A stretch of DNA of 64,000 nt from an uncultured Desulfospira sp. (GTDB lineage: Bacteria; Desulfobacterota; Desulfobacteria; Desulfobacterales; Desulfobacteraceae): contig OY760175.1 in assembly GCA_963663165.1 (NCBI GenBank), forward strand, positions 2,976,001 to 3,040,000. The letters run 5' to 3'. This document shows positions 59,191 to 64,000 of this stretch, piece after piece (within the stretch, counting starts at the first letter, position 1; each line of letters begins with the position of its first letter). The notes under the pieces are model-generated. The model saw only the letters and a program-made list of their open reading frames with translations, was not told the origin of the DNA and did no database searches. The position numbers were made by a program, and so were the translations under genes.

Positions 59191-59373
59191 TTGGAAGAAA
59201 TCAACGGCAGGTGCCCTGCCTGCAAGGGAAAACTGTTCATTCGCCGGACCTGAACCCGGGTCTATCTTTGCTGCAGGTCCTGCGGCAAAAAATATCCCGA
59301 AGACAAATATAAAGGCCTCATGGACGAGTTTTTAGAAGAACAGCTGGCCAATGTGCCGGTGAACCGGCTCTGA
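59191..59373 (+). CDS. 60-aa dual-CxxC small selenoprotein (Sec at codon 21), absent from ORF track
   Basis: TTG start with AAGGA RBS; MEEINGRCPACKGKLFIRRT-U-TRVYLCCRSCGKKYPEDKYKGLMDEFLEEQLANVPVNRL; in-frame TGA 59251-59253 followed by SECIS-like hairpin. Confidence 0.85.
59267..59289 (+). promoter_or_regulatory. Bacterial SECIS-like hairpin
   Basis: tttgctgcag-gtc-ctgcggcaaa starting 13 nt after the UGA; apex GCAGGUC resembles the E. coli fdhF SECIS. Confidence 0.75.
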
Positions 59374-59383
59374 CCCGGATATT

Positions 59384-61750
59384 TCATACCCCATCCGGGT
59401 CTAACAGTTTAAGCACTTCTCCAAATTTGTATTTTTCTACCAGCGGTGTGATTTGATGTAACAATTGTGCGGCATGGTCATTCAGTTCATACTGGTTCAT
59501 CTCGTCGATAATGGGCTTGATCAGCTGGGGCCTGCGTTTTTTAACCGCCTCAACCAGCTGTGCGGTCAGGGCATCCTGCCGGGATGGGGAAATGGGGGAT
59601 TTATGATCCCGGTGTAATGCCGGGGTGTTTTTGCCCAGGCCGCTTTCTTTGATCTCATCGACCACCTGCTGCAAGGCGGTTTTGAAAGGGCCGAACTGAG
59701 TAAGGCAAAGCCCGTCTTCAAACAGAACGCTCTGCTCATGAAGGTCCCGGGCACCGATATTGGCGCTTAACCCTTTTATGGTGTGAACAATCCGTTTGGC
59801 CTTATTCCGGTCATGTTGAATATAACCGGGCAGTTTTTGGGCCATCCCGTCATAGTTTTCAGAGAAATCTTTCAGAATTTTCACATATAGATCCGCATCT
59901 CCGGCCATCCGGGCAAGACCTGCCCTGGTGTCAATGGATTTGAATTTTAGAAAGGCCGCCGGTGTTCGGGATTGAGAATCTCCTGATCCGTTTTCGAATG
60001 ACAGGTCGCACTTTTTGGGGATATGGGCCAGAATGGCCTCAAAAAGTTCCTCCGCATCAATGGGCTTGTTGATATGATCATTCATCCCAAACTGCTTGGA
60101 TTTTTCAATATCGCTTTTCATTGCATTGGCGCTGACGGCAATGATGGGAACCGTTGCGTCCGCATCTCTGATCTTCTTTGTGGCGGTATACCCATCCATG
60201 ACCGGCATTTGCAGATCCATGAGAATCATCTCGTATTGGTCCGGATCAGCGGTATAGATGTCAACGGCCTCTTTCCCATTGACGGCTTCGGTAATGATAA
60301 TCCCGCTGTTTTCCAGCATGCCCCGGATGATTTCACGGTTCAGGGCATTGTCTTCAACCAGCAGCACGCGGCTGCCTTTTCTGGTGGAAAGCTGTGTTTG
60401 CAAACAACGGGTTTCGGCCTTGTGTGACAGGGGCCGGACCATGCCGGAGCCAAAACAGCCGGCAATGATATCATACAGAACAGACGGATTCACCGGTTTT
60501 TGCAAATACACATCAAACCCGTATTCCCTGGCCGCCTGTTCTAAAATTTCCTTTTGGCAGGCCGACACCATGATAATGGCCGCCGGCATGGCCGGGCACT
60601 GGTCCTGAAGATCTCCCACCGCCTGAATCCCGTCCGTACCGGGCATATCCCAGTCCATTAAAATCAAATCATATGGATCTTCACAGCCGGTGAGCAGGGC
60701 CTTTGCTTCCTGGGTGTTGCCGGCCACATCGGCATGAATGGACACCTGGCAAAGCATGCCCTTTAAAATCACCTGCCATGACGGGGCACTGTCAACGATG
60801 AGAACCCGTTTGCCTTTAAACTGCTGAACCTGGGGGGTCATGGGCTCAATGTCTTTGAGCCTGATTTCAAAAATAAACCGGCTGCCCCTGCCGGCCTCGC
60901 TTTCCACCCAGATCCGGCCGTCCATCATTTCCACCAAATGTTTGCAGATGGACAGGCCAAGGCCGGTACCGCCATATTGCCGGGTGGTGCTGGTATCGGC
61001 CTGGCTAAAGGACTGAAACAGTCTGGCCTGCTGTTCTTGGGTCAGGCCGATGCCGGTATCGGTGACCTCAAACCGGTACCGGTCTTTGGCCAGTTTTTCA
61101 ACATACACCCCCACCTCACCTGTTTCCGTGAATTTGACGGCATTGTTCACCAGGTTGGTCAGGATCTGGGAAAGCCGCAACGGATCGCCGTGGAACACCA
61201 TGTTGGTGACATTGCCATAGGACACCACAAAATCCAGGTTCTTCTCAGAGGCTGTGGTTTCAATGAGCACGGTCACATCTTCAATAACCTTGTGAAGGTT
61301 AAAGTCGATCTCCTCTAAGTCCAGCCGCCCGGCTTCAATTTTTGAAAGATCCAGGATATCGTTGATAATGCCCAGCAGGGATCTGGCAGAAGAATCAATT
61401 TTGGAAATATAATTCTGCTGCCGGGATGTGGGGCTGGTCTGCTTTAACAGATAGGTCATGCCGGTGATGGCGTTCATGGGGGTCCGGATTTCATGGCTCA
61501 TATTGGCCAGGAACTCGCTTTTGGCCCGGGTGGATGCCGTGGCTTCGGCAATGGCCTTTTCAAGCTCCCGGGTCTTTCTGGCCACGGCATCCTCAAGCAG
61601 GATATTGCTTTCAAACAGGGAATAGGCGTTGCCGGCGGATTTGACGCTTTTTTTGACCCGGTCTTTGAGGGCATCAATGACTTTTTGTGACCGGTCTAAT
61701 TTTTCCTTTAGATCGGCCACCTCTTTGCGTAAATCGTCCTGGTCCGGCAT
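59384..61750 (-). CDS. FIST/NosP-associated hybrid histidine kinase (HisKA-HATPase-REC-REC-HPt)
   Basis: N-terminal coiled coil ALKDRV...[21 protein letters not shown], two REC domains, [12 protein letters not shown]t. Confidence 0.92.
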   Translation of the reverse strand: MPDQDDLRKEVADLKEKLDRSQKVIDALKDRVKKSVKSAGNAYSLFESNILLEDAVARKTRELEKAIAEATASTRAKSEFLANMSHEIRTPMNAITGMTYLLKQTSPTSRQQNYISKIDSSARSLLGIINDILDLSKIEAGRLDLEEIDFNLHKVIEDVTVLIETTASEKNLDFVVSYGNVTNMVFHGDPLRLSQILTNLVNNAVKFTETGEVGVYVEKLAKDRYRFEVTDTGIGLTQEQQARLFQSFSQADTSTTRQYGGTGLGLSICKHLVEMMDGRIWVESEAGRGSRFIFEIRLKDIEPMTPQVQQFKGKRVLIVDSAPSWQVILKGMLCQVSIHADVAGNTQEAKALLTGCEDPYDLILMDWDMPGTDGIQAVGDLQDQCPAMPAAIIMVSACQKEILEQAAREYGFDVYLQKPVNPSVLYDIIAGCFGSGMVRPLSHKAETRCLQTQLSTRKGSRVLLVEDNALNREIIRGMLENSGIIITEAVNGKEAVDIYTADPDQYEMILMDLQMPVMDGYTATKKIRDADATVPIIAVSANAMKSDIEKSKQFGMNDHINKPIDAEELFEAILAHIPKKCDLSFENGSGDSQSRTPAAFLKFKSIDTRAGLARMAGDADLYVKILKDFSENYDGMAQKLPGYIQHDRNKAKRIVHTIKGLSANIGARDLHEQSVLFEDGLCLTQFGPFKTALQQVVDEIKESGLGKNTPALHRDHKSPISPSRQDALTAQLVEAVKKRRPQLIKPIIDEMNQYELNDHAAQLLHQITPLVEKYKFGEVLKLLDPDGV

Positions 61751-61753
61751 GGG

Positions 61754-62890
61754 TTATGCCTCTCCTATCACCACGCCGGTCAGGGTCTGGTTAACGTGAA
61801 TGGCGTTAAACTGTTCCCCGAAACTGCTGAATCCCACAAATTTCAGCCGGGCCAGGGTGGCTTCAATTTTACCGGCCTTGCCGGTTTTAAACAGGTCGAT
61901 GCGGCGGCGCAGGCAGTCAAATCCAATGGTGCAGAAAACCGTTGAAAATTCTTTGGCCAGCGCTTTGCCGGCTTTCTCAAAGTGTTCCACAAACCCGAGC
62001 CCTTTGGCCACCACCAGCACCAGGCCGTTGTCAACGGCACAATAAAAGGTGAGGCCGCCGTCAGGGTTCACTTTCTGGATGGTCCGCACGTACCACTGGT
62101 CCCCGATTTCCACCATGAGCGGATAGGCGGCAAACACCTCCGGGTTTAACTGCAGGGTTTCAAGCCCGATGGTTCTGGCATACTCCTCGGCCGCGGGGCC
62201 GCCATTGATTTCCGACACGGTCCGGGTCATGGGATCGGCTTTGGTGATGATCAGATCTGTTTGGGACGGAATAAAATTCTGGAGCTTGAATGTTTTAAAT
62301 GCCGGCCTGGATTCGATCAGGATCAGGGCACCGGCCCCCGTGTAAAAATCGCCGTTGGCAAATATATGGGTTTCTTGAAATTCCGTACTGTTGCCGGCTG
62401 ATCCGCCCACTAAAGGAACCCCCTTTAGAACCGTACTGATATTGGCGGCCACGGCCTCTTCCATGGCGGAAAGGCCGTCCAGAAGGACCATGGCAAACAT
62501 CTTTTCAGGATTAAAATCATCGGATATTTCCAGCTCGTTACGAATACTGTCCCCCAATTTAAAGGCGGCTTCCGCATCAAAGCGTTCTATGGAAGGGATC
62601 AGGCGGGAATGAAAACAAAAATCAGACCTTGCAAAACTTGCCGCCACAATGCCGTTTTCCTGGTAACGGGTCCCGATTTCCCCGGCCGTGGTACACCCCA
62701 CCACCGGGCAGTCAAAGGCCTGCCGGAATTCAGCGGCCAGGGCGGCCGGATTATAATTGGCCGAGCAGAAAAAGACCACGCCCGCAGGATCATCCTGATA
62801 AAGCTGTTCTGAAAGGGATGCCACCGCAATGGCAGGGTCCGGCGCCACCACCTCGGCCCGCTTGATTTTGTCACTTTTTGCCCTGGGCAT
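61754..62890 (-). CDS. FIST-domain protein (NosP-like)
   Basis: FFCS, GCTTAGEI, DGLS, GGSAG, EINGGPAA, FDCLRRR, GFSSFGEQ...HVNQT. Confidence 0.9.
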   Translation of the reverse strand: MPRAKSDKIKRAEVVAPDPAIAVASLSEQLYQDDPAGVVFFCSANYNPAALAAEFRQAFDCPVVGCTTAGEIGTRYQENGIVAASFARSDFCFHSRLIPSIERFDAEAAFKLGDSIRNELEISDDFNPEKMFAMVLLDGLSAMEEAVAANISTVLKGVPLVGGSAGNSTEFQETHIFANGDFYTGAGALILIESRPAFKTFKLQNFIPSQTDLIITKADPMTRTVSEINGGPAAEEYARTIGLETLQLNPEVFAAYPLMVEIGDQWYVRTIQKVNPDGGLTFYCAVDNGLVLVVAKGLGFVEHFEKAGKALAKEFSTVFCTIGFDCLRRRIDLFKTGKAGKIEATLARLKFVGFSSFGEQFNAIHVNQTLTGVVIGEA

Positions 62891-62917
62891 ATTGGTTTTC
62901 CTTTGTTTTAAAAAGGC

Positions 62918-64000
62918 TTACTTTTCACCGATCACAACCCCGGTCAAGGTATGGTTGACATGAACGGCGTTGATCTGTTCCCCGTAGGTGCTGAACCCCA
63001 CAAATTTCATCTGGGCCAGTGCCGCTTCAACATCAGCGGCCTCCCCTTTTTTGTGCAGTTCCAGGCGGCGATGAAGGCAGTCAAACCCAATGGTACAAAA
63101 AATCGTCGAGAATTCGCGATTCAACTCTCTGGCCAGGGCCTCCAGATTTTCCACAAATCCGCCCCCTTTTCCCAAGGCCACCACCAGCCCGCTGTCAATG
63201 GCACAGGAAAAGGTCAGGCTGTTATCGGGATTTGCATCCATAATGGACCGGACATACCACTGGTCCCCGATCTCCAGCATCAGGGGGTTGTCGGCGAACA
63301 CCTCAAAGGACAAATCCTTGACGTCAAGCCCCAGGGTCCTGGCATACTCCAGGGCAGCCGGCCCGCCGTTGATCTCCGACACCATCCGGGTTTTGGGATC
63401 GGCCTCAGTGATGATCAGGTCAATGTCCGACGGAACAAAATCCTGGTGCTTAAAGATTTTAAAATCCTTCCGGGTTTCGATCAGGATCACCAGGCCTGCC
63501 CCGGTGTGAAACCGGCCATTGGCAAACACCCGGGTTTCTTTAAAAATCATGTTGTCCGCCGCAGACCCGCCCACCAGGGAGACACCGTTTAAGGCGGCGG
63601 TAATATGGGGGATCACAGTTTCCTCCATGAGCGAAAGGCCGTCAAACAGGCCCATGGCAAACATTTTGCCGGAATCAAAATCATTTGAGAATTCAAGTTG
63701 TTTGCGCATGGCATCTGCCTGGGCAAAAGCGGCTTTGGCGTCAAAATCACGAATGGGGGAAATTAAATGGGGGTGCAACCGGAAATCAGATCCGGCAAAA
63801 CTTAAGGCCACAATACTGTTTTCCTGGTAACAGGTTCCGATTTCTCCGGCCGTGGTACACCCAGCCACCGGACAGTCAAACCGGGCGTTGAATTCGGCGG
63901 CCAGGGCCTTTGGATCATAATATTCAGCAGAGCAGAAAAAGATCACACCGGCGGTCTCATCCTGGGAAAGCTGCTCTGCCAGGGATGCTACCGCGACAGC
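62918..64000 (-). CDS. Second FIST-domain protein (NosP-like), 5' end beyond window
   Basis: Same motifs (GCTTAGEI, GFSTYGEQ...HVNHT); frame stays open to 64000 (AVAVASLAEQLSQDETAG). Confidence 0.9.
   Translation of the reverse strand, partial: AVAVASLAEQLSQDETAGVIFFCSAEYYDPKALAAEFNARFDCPVAGCTTAGEIGTCYQENSIVALSFAGSDFRLHPHLISPIRDFDAKAAFAQADAMRKQLEFSNDFDSGKMFAMGLFDGLSLMEETVIPHITAALNGVSLVGGSAADNMIFKETRVFANGRFHTGAGLVILIETRKDFKIFKHQDFVPSDIDLIITEADPKTRMVSEINGGPAALEYARTLGLDVKDLSFEVFADNPLMLEIGDQWYVRSIMDANPDNSLTFSCAIDSGLVVALGKGGGFVENLEALARELNREFSTIFCTIGFDCLHRRLELHKKGEAADVEAALAQMKFVGFSTYGEQINAVHVNHTLTGVVIGEK

Overview
Gene-dense bacterial chromosomal window. Gene content (FIST/NosP signalling, hybrid kinases, MSHA-like pili, a UGA/SECIS selenoprotein) suggests a Desulfobacteraceae-like deltaproteobacterium; this is an inference. 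From left to right: housekeeping genes (MaoC dehydratase, PHP histidinol-phosphatase, dtd, trmJ, YciI); a SAM-methyltransferase plus LIV-type ABC importer; orphan cheR; two EamA transporters, the second carrying an integrase-less AbiEi/AbiEii islet bounded by a ~95-bp duplication of its 3' end; two ~300-bp MITEs with ISAs1-like ends and unrelated interiors; a ~25-kb MSHA-like type IV pilus locus (15.4-40.5 kb); a sensorless hybrid kinase plus heterodimeric ABC exporter; a tandem covarying double-hairpin element; an Rhs remnant cut by a frameshifted Y1/RAYT transposase; a 2TM/beta-rich protein plus atypical class III cyclase; alpha-2-macroglobulin/pbpC; gpt; a small dual-CxxC selenoprotein missed by the ORF track; and two FIST/NosP genes with a hybrid kinase. 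The best candidate for a new system lies inside the pilus locus. The major pilin is directly followed by a GT-C-like membrane protein and a polyprenol-phosphate GT2, which converge on a GtrA / radical-SAM-SPASM / methyltransferase / HpnJ-like B12-radical-SAM / GT2 cassette (a putative radical-SAM-tailored pilin glycan). The pilin has a sigma-54 promoter, next to an activator that has transmembrane helices instead of a receiver domain. All calls come from reading motifs by eye; no searches were run.
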